This document shows positions 26,850 through 37,916 of a stretch of DNA of 64,000 nucleotides, one piece after another. Under the pieces are notes generated by a model that worked only from the letters and a program-made list of their open reading frames with translations, was not told where the DNA came from and made no database searches. The stretch comes from Octopus sinensis (Eukaryota). How positions within the stretch are numbered: position 1 is the first letter of the stretch; every line of letters starts with the position of its first letter. The position numbers and the translations under genes were made by a program. Location: assembly GCF_006345805.1 (NCBI RefSeq), contig NC_042999.1, positions 6,634,001-6,698,000 on the forward strand, written 5' to 3'.

Positions 26850-27200
26850 TGACGTACAGATTATTAACAATAGACGGATAGGTGTCCTCATCTTGTTTGT
26901 TGTTACCACAATGTTTCGGCTGATGTTCTCTCCAGCCGTCATCAGGTGTTCTGCTGGAATTTCCAACCCAACCCTTTATTTGACTATTGGGGTACTCTGT
27001 TCTCATTCCTAAGGTATTTTTTGCGTATACCGTAGTGGTTAAGGGCGCAGGCTACTACCCCCAAAATTCAGGGTTCAATCCCAGACGGTGACTTGAATAA
27101 ATAATAATAATAATAACATCAGCAAGAAATACAAGGTGAATACACCTATCCGTCCAATGTAAATATTGTACATAATTTCTCATCTCTAAAATATAGAACG
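26850..27200. mobile_element. Composite non-autonomous element: inverted hammerhead-bearing segment + tRNA-like head + (AAT)n + tail
   Basis: Minus-strand CTGATGA..GAAA at 26900-26955. Plus-strand A box (gtagtggttaag) and B box (gggttcaatccc) at ~27030-27080. The motif acacctatccgtc occurs inverted at ~26873 and forward at ~27143. Confidence 0.65.
26900..26955 (-). ncRNA. Type I hammerhead-like motif, canonical core, stem III apparently CpG-decayed
   Basis: cac CTGATGA c ggctg-gagagaacat-cagcc GAAA CA TT gtg. Stem II 5 bp, stem I cac/gtg. Confidence 0.6.
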
Positions 27201-27309
27201 GTATGACGTAAAGATGTCTCACTATTTATTAATGTGGGACTGCAATCATTTGTAAAAATGAGACAATCATATATGATTTTTCTTTGAGTTTAATTTAAGT
27301 TCTTCTTGG

Positions 27310-28020
27310 GATAGTTGAAGCTGGTTGCTAAGAAAGACTTTCTCAGTTAAGAGATTTCCCGGTGTTTGTAAATATGTGGTTAATTTGGTTTGTTGGTTGA
27401 ACTGTCGATGCATACACCCAAGTGTCTGCATCTATTCACCTAAAGAATCTCAGATGGAAAATTTTTGGAATGTTTTACAAATCTTCACTATGCCATTAAT
27501 AAATTGGATTTGGAAAATCCGCGTCAGTTCCTTTTGCTGTTTTTCTGTGAAACCGAATATTTCTAGATTTTTGTGCCAATTTGTTGATACCTAACCAAGT
27601 GTACCCATGACAATAGGTATAAATGAGAATTCATAGTTGAGGTACACAAGAGATGTAAATTTTGCCTTAATTCACCATAAATAGTATGTATGTCATTGTT
27701 CAGTTTCATTTCAAGATTTCTTGCCATTAGAGAAAGAACCGGTTTCTAACCTAGATCCAAGGCTCCTTCTTTGGAATTTTATCATCAACAACAGGGTATT
27801 TTTGTATGTATGTATGTATGTATGTATATGTGTATGTATGTATGTATGTATGTATGTATGTATGTATATTTATGTATGTATGTGTGCAGATTTGTATGTT
27901 TTGTTTTATATATGTATTCTCGTGCATATACTTACATATCTAGACAAGCTCATATATATTTAAATGATAAACTTCTGGAAAGTTTCACAGATTTTTACAG
28001 TTCCAGTGATGTACGTACGT
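27310..28020. repeat. Unclassified interspersed repeat family with internal (TATG)n
   Basis: Segments recur at 29540-29760, 30860-31130, 31410-31500 and, reversed, at 61200-61790 (e.g. tttctaacctagatccaaggctc). Confidence 0.65.
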
Positions 28021-28059
28021 ACGTATGTATGTATGCATGTATGTATGTATGTATGTATG

Positions 28060-28090
<31 letters not shown>

Positions 28091-28479
28091 TGATGTATGT
28101 GTGTATGTATGTATATACGTACGTATGTATGTACGTATGTATGTATGTATGTATGCATGCATGTATGTATACATGTATATATGTACGTATGTTTGTATGT
28201 ATGTCTGTATTTAAGGACGTATGTATGTATGTGTGTATGTATGTATATATACGTATGTATGTATATATGTATGTACGTGTGTACTTAACCTTTATTCCGA
28301 TTTATGTATCTGCGTATGTATGTAGAACTACATTAAAAAAAATTATTCATGTGTAACTTTAAAATTATTCAATTTTTTCCTTCAAATAAACTGATTTACT
28401 TTAAAAAAAGTAACGAAGTTCCATTTCTGTAATTTGGATAACAACAACCACGCTAGAACGATATATGTCAAAGTATGAA

Positions 28480-28876
28480 GGCGGCGAGCTGGCAGAAACG
28501 TTAGCACGCCGGGCGAAATGCTTAGCGGTATTTCGTCTGCCGCTACGTTCTGAGTTCAAATTCCGCCGAGGTCGACTTTGCCTTCCATCCTTTCGAGGTC
28601 GATAAATAAAGTACCAGTTACGCACTGGGGTCGATGTAATCGACTTAATTCGTTTGTCTGTCCTTGTTTGTCCCCTCCGTGTTTAGCCCCTTGTGAGTAG
28701 TAAAGAAATAGGTATTTCGCCCGTCTTTGCGTTCCGAGTTCAAATTCCGCCGAGGTCGACTTTGCCTTTCATCCTTTCAGTGTCGATCAATTAAATACCA
28801 GTTGCCTACTGGGGTCGATCTAATCGACTGCTACCCTCCCCCAAAATATCAGGCCTTGTATCTAGAGTAGAAAAGG
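28480..28876 (+). mobile_element. SINE family B heterodimer
   Basis: Junction aaagaaatag|gtatttcg at ~28710; the second unit ends with the type-2 tail (ccccaaaa..agagtagaaaagg). Confidence 0.88.
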
Positions 28877-29299
28877 ATAAATGTGAATGCTGGGTCTTGC
28901 GTATCTTTAGTATCCTTCTTACAGATTGCGTTGTGTCGGTGTCTGAACACTTTATCTTTTTGAGCTCAGCAAATCTCGGATATTATGTGTTGCTTAATAT
29001 CAAAGCCAAGAGTTACCAATAATTATATGTACAAATTATAAACTTATAATCTGAAGGTTTAGGAGTTGTCTGCAAATATTCTCTTTCTTATTGATTTTGA
29101 AATAAATATTCACCTGTGACCTTCTGTAACGGTAATTAATGGTTTTGCTGTCCCAAACACTCTATCAGGTCTATAATATAATATAATATAATATAATATA
29201 ATATAATATAATATAACATAATATAATATGATATAATATAATATAATCTAATATAATGTAATATGATATATTATACTATATTATGTAACATTACATTAT

Positions 29300-29520
29300 A
29301 TTGGTTCAAATTTTGGCACAAAGCCAGCAATTTCTGGTGGTGGGGGCAGTAAGTCGATTACAGTCGACCTCAGTACTCAACTGGTACTTATTTTATCGAC
29401 CCCAAAAGGATGAAAGGCAAAGCCGACCTCGGCGGCATTTCAACTCAGAAAGTCAAGACGGACGAAATGCCACTAAGCATTTTGTCCGGCGTGCTAACAA
29501 CTCTGTCAGTCACCGCCTTA
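29300..29520 (-). mobile_element. SINE family B (type-2-like tail), left arm of the inverted duplication
   Basis: Homology to SINE-B. Confidence 0.82.
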
Positions 29521-29959
29521 ACATTCCATTATATCAAGCCTATTATTTGTACTTAACACATTTTAAAAATTTATGTACCATTTTTAATTGTAGAATTCTT
29601 TCATGAAAGAAGGAGCTCGTTTCTAACAAAGAAACAAAGTTCCTTCATTGGATGAGTGTTTCGCGTTGATCTTTAAGAAAGTCTTACATATCTTTACTGT
29701 TCAGCTTGCAGAATATAGAAATATTGTATTTCTAAATCTCTCAGAGTGACTTACACAGAAACGGCACCATAAAGTGATGGTTTGTTGCCAACTTAATGTG
29801 GCAGTCCCAGGAAAGGGAAGAATGCTACTGCTATTTATCGTGATGATACTGTATAAGTCTCTCAGAGATTTAGAAATGCAATATTTCTGATTTTGTAGAT
29901 CAGTGAATTTATTTCACTTGAAATTCTATAAGTTTTCAAAGGCGAATAAGCATCGACAG

Positions 29960-30023
29960 CTAGCAAGCCATGCTACTCCAGACTGATGAAGAGCAATGAC
30001 TCTGAAACTAGTCTCTTTGCTGG
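29960..30023 (+). ncRNA. Type I hammerhead ribozyme, canonical core
   Basis: ctagcaa..aga CTGATGA agag-caatga-ctct GAAA CTAG TC tct-ttgctgg. Stem II AGAG/CTCT, palindromic stem III ACTAGT, GUC cleavage triplet ending at 30013, bipartite stem I (aga/tct and ctagcaa/ttgctgg). Confidence 0.82.
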
Positions 30024-31159
30024 GTGAAGGTGCTTATCTCCCTTGTTTGAAAACTTAAGGATACTGAACGCTTGTGTCACATAGCCAACTGGAAACGGTG
30101 TTTCTGGGGCTAAATAGCAGTAGCATTCTTTCATTTCCTGAGACTGTCACATTACAACAGAATATAGTTGTAAAATGTGTATTAACCCGTCTCTTTCTTT
30201 GCCAGAAAATCCCAGCTACTCCAGCTTGTGGCTTAAGCACTTACTAACATAACCAAATGCACCAGTAATTACTAATATAAATGTAAATTCATAACCGGAG
30301 TAGAAGAGCTGCAGGCTTCAGAGTCTGCGGCCCATAAATATTCTCCTTGCTTATTTCGGAAAAGACGTTCATATCTGAAAGATAACTAACCTCTGTGACT
30401 GTAGATGACTTTTCTATTTCAAACAATTACGTGTATAATGCCTGTTGTGTTTACACTGTACAAACGTTTGATAGGAATGTTCCATCAATGCTCCCTCTGT
30501 TGAGATGTATGCAGTCAATGGCAGAGGTGTTTATATTTATCTCTGAAATGTTTTATAAATTTCCGCTGTTCCTCCGATCGATCGTATTCGGAGAATTTGA
30601 CTCAGTTTTCTCTGGAGAACCGTAGCATTTCTACCTTTCTATGCTGCTTTATTGTTACGTAACCCGTGCATCTGTGATAGGAGAACCAAACGTAAATTTA
30701 TGGCCTCGATATAAGAGATGTGGGTTTTTCATTAGTTCTCTGTAAACATTCGTCTTTTCCCTAGCAATTGTGCAACTGGTCTCTACAACAGCGTGTGTCT
30801 GTGTTTGTGTGTATGTATGATTTTTCTTCGAGGGAATTCAAGCCAGTCAAGAAAGCGACAAAAATTTCTGAATTGAGAGAGTTCCCGGTGTTTGTAAATA
30901 TGTGACTGAATTTGTGCGTTGGTTGAGTTGTTGACGCTTTTGTATAAGTCAGTCTGAGAGATTTAGAAATGCAATGTTTCTATATTCTGCAAGTTGAACA
31001 ATAAAGATATGTAAGACTTCCTTAAAGATCAACGCGTAACACTCATCCAATGAAGGAACTTTCTTTCTTTATTAGAAACGAGCTCTTTCTTTCGTGAAAA
31101 AAATTCTACAATTAAAAATGACACATAAATAAAAAAAAAATCTTAATATGCTTGATATA

Positions 31160-31372
31160 ATGGAATGACAGAGTTGTTAGCACACCGGACAAAATGCTTA
31201 GTGGCATTTCGTCCGTCTTGACTTTCTGAGTTGAAATGCCGCCGAGGTCGGCTTTGCCTTTCATCCTTTTGGGGTCGATAAAATAAGTACCAGTTGAGTA
31301 CTGAGGTCGACTGCAATCGACTTACTGCCCCCACCACCAGAAATTGCTGGCTTTGTGCCAAAATTTGAAACC
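31160..31372 (+). mobile_element. SINE family B, right arm of the inverted duplication
   Basis: Mirror of 29300-29520; lacks the first ~14 nt of the head. Confidence 0.82.
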
Positions 31373-32072
31373 AATAAAATGTAATGTTACATAGTATAGA
31401 ATAATATATGTGTGCATCTAAGGAATCTCAGATGGAGGATCTTTGGAATGTCTTACAAATATTCACTGTGCCACTGTGGAATTTGGAGAATCTGCATCAG
31501 TTTATTTTACTCCCTCTTCGAAAAACTTAATATCTCCATCTTTGGGATGTAGATGACAAAAACAATGTCACATTTTAATCTTGAGAAAAGTCTTGCATAT
31601 TTTGACCGTTTCACTTACAAATTGTATTTGCAAGGTGTGAGTTAAATCGGTGGCTCCTTTTACTGAAACTTCTAGCTTTTCCAGACTATTACTTAGGCTT
31701 TTAGTAACAAAACTTATTATTGGTATAAATGTAAATTTGTAATCAGGGTGTAGAAACTGGGGGTTTTGAAGCAGTTGTCCATAGTTATCCTCTTACACTT
31801 TGGTTTTCGTAAGACCAGTCGCCAAGTGGATGTGAATGCTTCATCAACAGGTCATCTGACCTCTATGACGGTATGTACTTTTTCTTGTCTGACCCAAACA
31901 ACAACAACGACCGACTTGTTATGTTTACACTTGACTGATTTTCTGGTAGGGAAGTTCTACCAATGTTCCATGTGTTGATGTTTATGTATGTATGTATGTA
32001 TGTATGTATGTATGTATGTATGTTCTGTTTATGAATATGTATTTTTATAGACATACATATATGTGTATATGT

Positions 32073-32453
32073 CTTTTATCTTTTACTTGTTCCAGTCAAT
32101 GGACAGCGGCCATGCTGGGGCACCACTTCGAAGAGTTTTTGGTCGAACAAATCGACACCAGTACTATGTTTGAAAATTTGGCGCTTACACTATCAGGCTC
32201 TTTTGCCGCACTGCTATGTTATGGGGACATAAACAAACCAACATCGGTTGTCAAACGGTGGGACACAGACATAAACAGAAAGGCACAGACAGACGTATAA
32301 GGCAAGCTTCTTTCAGTTTCCGCCTACCAAATCCACTCACGAGGCTATGGTCTGGCCAGGACTATTGTAGAAGCCACTTGCCCAAGGTACCAAGCAATGG
32401 CACTGAACACGGAACCACGTAGGTGGGAAGCAAACTTCTTACCACACAGCCAC
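32073..32453 (-). mobile_element. SINE family A, diverged
   Basis: Homology throughout. Confidence 0.8.
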
Positions 32454-32559
32454 GATGTATGTATGTATGTATGTATGTATGTATGTATGTATGTATGTAT
32501 GTATGTATGTATGTATGTGTGTATGTGTGTATGTATGTATGTTTATATGTATGTATGTA

Positions 32560-32788
32560 TATAGGGGGGAGTAAGAGAAATAAGCAAAAATGCACATTAG
32601 AAATCAAAAAAAGTAAAGGCTTTTTATGAAAAGTAACGATAGATATATACAATTAGATGAACTGAGGAATAAAAGTAATAAAAGTTATTATAGTGAATTG
32701 TTAAAGAGATTTAAAAGCATACCGGTTTCGTAAATTTACTAATCATTGCTTTGAATGCACACCGATTAATGAAGGGTGTCAGGTCTAC

Positions 32789-32790
<2 letters not shown>
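32560..32790 (-). mobile_element. Probable PLE 3'-UTR/pseudo-LTR remnant carrying the A3:U8 hammerhead
   Basis: A/T-skewed UTR-like stretch between (TATG)n and (TA)n. It has the same GAAACCGGTA motif and layout as the arms at 25.5 and 42.4 kb. Confidence 0.5.
32714..32752 (-). ncRNA. Minimal type I hammerhead ribozyme, A3:U8 core variant
   Basis: Minus strand: aaagca ATGATTA gta-aatt-tac GAAA CCGG TA tgcttt. Perfect 6-bp stem I, 3-4-bp stem II, palindromic ACCGGT stem III. Confidence 0.75.
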
Positions 32791-32835
<45 letters not shown>

Positions 32836-33572
32836 ACACACATGCACCCCACAAAGCAGTCCGTGACATAACAGTGTTTTCAATTTCGTGTTTGAATCTA
32901 TGTCAAATGCGTTGATTAACGCTATTTCTCTTCCTCATCCCAGTTCCATGAGGTTATGAGTGTTTCTTGGAATGTTTTCTGTGATAGCAACACTCAAAGG
33001 TCTGTCAGTAATTTACGTGTCTTTAGAAGACAGCAGAAAGAAATAAAAAATATAAAGTATTCCTTACTTGAACGATCAAGGGATTCGTCTGACTGTTATC
33101 TAGGTTGATTTACAAGCAAACACAATAGGACGAAGTTATCGATTACCGTTGTTCAATTTAAAATTCTATGTAGTTTGTAACAAAATCAATTAAAATAATA
33201 TTTGTTTTTGTTTTGGCAAAATTATTTTTTATTTGTTTTGTACTGTAAAACACAACATAATAGTTGTAAAATTCTTTGTTAATTGATTGTAAGAAATTTA
33301 AAAGAAAAAATACAACTTTGTTTGCAGACTATCATTAAGTAAACAAAGAGAAATTTACAAGCTTTGAAAACGAATAATAAAATATTTATTTTGCACACTT
33401 GTACACGTTTTACGCACTTCAATATCTTTATTTTTATAGTATCACTGAATAATTGCTTACTTCTAGCTTGAAGGTGATTTAAAAGCTATTACAGAAATGT
33501 CTATGTAACCGAAGAGGTATTGTAGAATCACCGCTGAAAGATTTACCCTACTGTGGTGATATGAGAGCACAT

Positions 33573-34068
33573 GGCGGCGAGCTGGCAGAACGTTTTGCAC
33601 GCCGGGCGAAATGCTTGGCCATATTTCGTCTGCCGTTACGTTCTGAGTTCAAATTCCGTCAAGGTCGACTTTGCCTTTTATCCTTTCGGGGTCGATAAAT
33701 TAAGTACCTATTTCTTTACTACCCACAAGTAGCTAAACACTGAGGGGACAAACAAGGACAGACAAACGGATTAAGTCGATTATATCGACACCAGTACGTA
33801 ACTGGTACTTATTTAATCGACCCCGAAAAGATGAAAGGCAAAGTCGACCTCGGCGGAATTTGAACTCAGAACGTAACGGCAGACGAAATACGGCTACGCA
33901 TTTTGCCCGGCGTGCTAACGTTTCTGCCAGCTCGCTGCCTTAATTAAGTACCAGTTACGATAAATTAAGTACCAGTTACGCACTGGGGTCGATGTAATCG
34001 ACTTGATCCCTTTGTCTGTCCTTGTTTGTCCCCTCTATGTGTAGCCCCTTGTGGGTAATAAAGAAGAA
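33573..34068 (+). mobile_element. SINE-B with an antisense SINE-B nested inside
   Basis: Outer 15-bp TSD gatatgagagcacat (33558-33572, 34069-34083). The inner minus copy (~33709-33940) is flanked by attaagtacc. Confidence 0.85.
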
Positions 34069-34244
34069 GATATGAGAGCACATACAACTCCCCTAGCTAT
34101 TGACCGTGAAATTGTAAAACACCGGGACTCAAGGGTGTTCCAATTGAGAACTAAACTGATTTTTCGGACTCCGTTCCCTAGGGGTTACCACTATTCATTA
34201 GATCTAATGCTAAAGGCTAAATTACGATAGTCTCTTGGACGACC

Positions 34245-34587
34245 CAAGCCTTTTAAGGATATTTGGTAGACGGAAACTGAAAGAAGCCTGTCGTTTATAT
34301 ATATATATATATAATATATATATATATACGTGTGTGTGTGTGTGTGTATGTGTGTGTGTTTGTGTGTGTGTGTGTGTGCCTTTGTGTCCGTGTTTCTTCC
34401 TACCACCGTTTGATAACCGGTGATGGTGCGTTTACGTCCCCGTAACCTAGCAGTTCGGCAAAACAGACCGATAACGTACCAGGCTTAGGAAAATAAGTAC
34501 TGGTGTCGGTTCGTTTGACAAAAATTCTTTAAGACGGTGCCTCGACAGGGCCGAAGTCTAGCGGCCGAAACAAGTAAAATATAAAAG

Positions 34588-34588
<1 letters not shown>
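34245..34588 (+). mobile_element. SINE family A, 5'-truncated
   Basis: atttggtagacggaaactgaaagaagcc..gaaacaagtaaaata. Confidence 0.8.
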
Positions 34589-34622
<34 letters not shown>

Positions 34623-34669
34623 ATAATATAATAAATATAATATACTATAATATAATTTTATATATATAT

Positions 34670-34714
<45 letters not shown>

Positions 34715-34785
34715 AGAGTAAAAACACTCTTCGGTCATGAATTACCATCGGATTGCACCTCCCCTCTGTAGCACAAGTCCGGGCA

Positions 34786-35304
34786 GCGAATTTTTTCCCA
34801 CGAGAGTTCTGGACCCCAGTAATGAATTCATTTGTATACAGCCAATCTGAGCTCGCCTTGACCTTGTTGTCGAGTTAACAAACACTCTACCAAGTAATCT
34901 CAAGGCGAAGTTATGCCTGATTTTAGAAGGAGACAAGTAATTAGATAGATTTGCATCTCTACCTATTATCGGATTTTGTTAGGGCCCTATATGGTAAGGA
35001 TTTGGATGGGAAAAATGTGGGTAGAGGGTGATGTGCTAGCAACCCTCTCCTCTTACTGTTTTAGAAAGCAAACAACAACACAAATAACTACGCAGAGGCA
35101 ACCATGGTTGGAACATGAACAAGAACAACAAGCATTCTTAAAAGGGAAAAGAAGCATGGTCATTCCTTACCCAAGTGACCTTATCTTATCGCCCATCACT
35201 TGTTACGCGTTCCTAAATTAGTTTGAGAGTTGAGCTCTGATTGGCTGTATGCAAATGAATTCATAACTGGGGTCCGGAACTCTCGTGGGGGAAAAAAATT
35301 TCGC
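34786..35304. repeat. ~70-bp inverted repeats (34786-34854 / 35232-35304) containing octamer-like and CCAAT motifs
   Basis: ttttttcccacgagagttctggaccccagtaatgaattcatttgtatacagccaatctgagctc is mirrored in the right arm (which has perfect ATTTGCAT). Confidence 0.75.
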
Positions 35305-35329
35305 GTCCTGGCAAGGTTGTTTATGGAAG

Positions 35330-35552
35330 ACATGGAAGTTGCTCATGCATACCAGTCCCCCCTTTCGATACCACTGATGTTATCCAAGGGAAAGGCAAAG
35401 GTCCATGCATCTTGACATCAGTGACAACGTGACTCATTTTTACAGGTGAGTGAACTGGAGCAACGTGAAATAAAATGTGTTGCTCCCGGTGCGGGAATGG
35501 AACTCACTACTACATGATAGTGAGCCCGACGCTCTAACCACCGAGCCATGCG
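35330..35552 (-). mobile_element. SINE with the 5163-type head/central domain and another tail
   Basis: gaactggagcaacgtgaaataaaatgtgttgctc..ctctaaccaccgagccatgcg. Confidence 0.65.
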
Positions 35553-35574
35553 TATATATATATGAAGCAAATAT

Positions 35575-35765
35575 TAGTTTCAAATTCTGGTACTAGGACA
35601 GAAATTTCGGGGGAAGGTATAAGTTGTTTACATCGACCCCCAGTGTTCAACTGGTACTTCATTTCATCGACCCCGAAAGGACAAATCAACTTCGGCGGAG
35701 TTTAAAATCAGGGCGTAAAGAAGGACGAAATACTGCAACGCGTTTTGCCCGGTCTGCAGACGATT
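35575..35765 (-). mobile_element. SINE family B, diverged
   Basis: catcgaccccgaaagg..ttcggcggagtttaaaatcag..gacgaaatac. Confidence 0.7.
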
Positions 35766-35873
35766 CCTACATGTTTGATTCCTACATGTACGATAAATAT
35801 TAGCATTTATTCATCGCAGAACATTTAGCGAGCAACTAATGAGTTGATGTTGTCAGGAAACACCAGCAACGGT

Positions 35874-36250
35874 TGTGGAGGCGCAATGGCCCAGTGGTTA
35901 AGGCAGCGGACTCGCGGTCGTAGGATCGCGGTTTCGATTCCCAGACCGGGCGTTATGTGTGTTTATTGAGCGAAAACACCTAAAGCTCCACGAGGTTCCG
36001 GCAGTGGGTGGTGGCGACACCTGTTGTACTCTTTCGCTCCAACTTTCTTTCACTCTTTCATCCTGTTTCTTGTCCCCGACTTCCTACGCAACCGCTGAGC
36101 CTGGATGCGCATTCATCCATCCGTCGATGCTCTCGGTGTCGGGTGTTGACCTGCTCTCTCTTCTGCGGGTCTTACGAATAGCAAAGGACCACGTTTCGGA
36201 CTTCTCCCAATAATGGGACGAAGACCGCTTCGCTCAACAGCAACAGCAGC
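35874..36250 (+). mobile_element. SINE-C head with an alternative 3' tail
   Basis: The first ~190 bp match SINE-C; the remainder is unrelated to the usual tail. Confidence 0.8.
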
Positions 36251-36889
36251 TGTTTTTGACTGTTTTATTTAATAATCTTTAGTTTTAATCAAACAAGTTT
36301 TATTACCGGGAATGAATTATTAGAAGAATTTAGATACAAATTGTTGTTGTGTCAAATATTGACAGTTTTAAAATAAAAATTCAAATAAAATCAGTGTCTG
36401 TGAAATATTTTAGATTTTTCTAAATATTTCTTACAAAATCATTTCATAAATAAATCTATTTGAACTTTAATCTCTTAAATGTCTTCGATTTATATATTTT
36501 CCCTCCATCACCGTTGCATCCCGGTCATCCTGAATTATGATTGGCCCATCTGATCGATCAGTTAACACACTCAATTATCTACATGCGTGTTTGTATTTGG
36601 AATTGCATGATTGTATTTTGTCTATGTTTGCCCACATGAGTATTTCCTCCATATATACATGTGGTCAGTCAGACATACATAAAATGTATATGTTGCTATT
36701 GTTAACCCTAGGCCAGTCTTGAACCAGTAGTCCTATGATCAAAGCTACTCCAATCACGACCGTCTCACCTTATGTGTTCTGTTTATAGTTCGTCTCTTTG
36801 TTCATTCCCCTCTGTCTGTCTGTCCCTGACTCTGTTTGTGTGCTAGTATCTCTAGGCCGGTGTTTCTCAACCAGGGTCAATATGGCTCT

Positions 36890-37275
36890 TTACTGCTCAC
36901 AAGGGACTAAACACAGAGGGGACAAACAAGGACAGACAAACGGATTAAGTCGATTACATCGACCCCAGTGCGTAACTGGTACTTATTTAATCGACCCCAA
37001 AAGGATGAAAGGCAAAGTCTTCCTCGGCGGAATTTGAACTCAGAACGTAGCGGAAGACGAAATACCTATTTCTTTACTACCTACAAGGGGCTAAGCACAG
37101 AGGGGACAAACAAGGACAGAGAAAGGGATTAAGTCGATTATATTGACCCCAGTGCATAATTGGTACTTATTTAATCGACCCTGAAAGGATGAAAGGCAAA
37201 GTCAACCACGGCGGAATTTGAACTCAGAACGTAGCGGCAGACGAAATACCGCTAAGCATTTAGCCCGCTGTGCCA
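36890..37275 (-). mobile_element. SINE family B dimer
   Basis: Junction cgaaatac|ctatttcttt at ~37065. Confidence 0.85.
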
Positions 37276-37526
37276 ATGATTTACACACACACGTGTTTAT
37301 ATGCAGATTGATCATCATAACGAAACGATTGGTTGATTATGGTGGTCACATCTATTACCTGGATTATCGTCTGCATCCAGGCTTTGCAAACTAAATAAAC
37401 CTGATAAAAACCCTTAAAAAATTGGAAAAAAGAGACAAGTACTATACTACATTATGTACACCAAAATTACTCTTGCATGTCCTTCATAAAACCATCGTCA
37501 CACTTCATTCAGTCATTCATGACGTA

Positions 37527-37916
37527 TACTCTTTTTTACTCTTTTAATGGTTTCAGTCATTTGACTGCGGCCATGCTGGAGCACCGCCTTTAGCCGAGCA
37601 AATCGACCCCAGGACTTATTCTTTGTAAGCATAGTACTTATTCTATCGGTCTCTTTTGCCGAACCGGTAGGTTACGGGGACGTAAACACACCAGCATCGG
37701 TTGTCAAGCGATGTTGGGGGGACAAATACAAATATACATACATATATATACATATACATATATATACGACGGGCTTCTTTCAGTTTCCGTCTACCAAATT
37801 CACTCACAAGGCTTTGGTCGGCCCGAGGCTATAGTAGAAGACACTTGCCCAAGGTGCCATGCAGTGGCATTGAACCCGGAACCATGTGGTTGGTAAGCAA
37901 GCTACTTATCACACAG
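37527..37916 (-). mobile_element. SINE family A
   Basis: Homology throughout. Confidence 0.9.

Larger units (their letters stand above)
29266..31409. repeat. Inverted duplication (arms ~29266-29760 and ~30940-31409) that includes a SINE-B copy
   Basis: The arms align as reverse complements through flank, SINE and downstream repeat sequence, with scattered substitutions. Confidence 0.85.

Noticed and set aside
36170-36245. Minus-strand CTGTTGA..GAAACGTGGTC
   Set aside because: Core position A6 is broken and the segment is part of a SINE tail.
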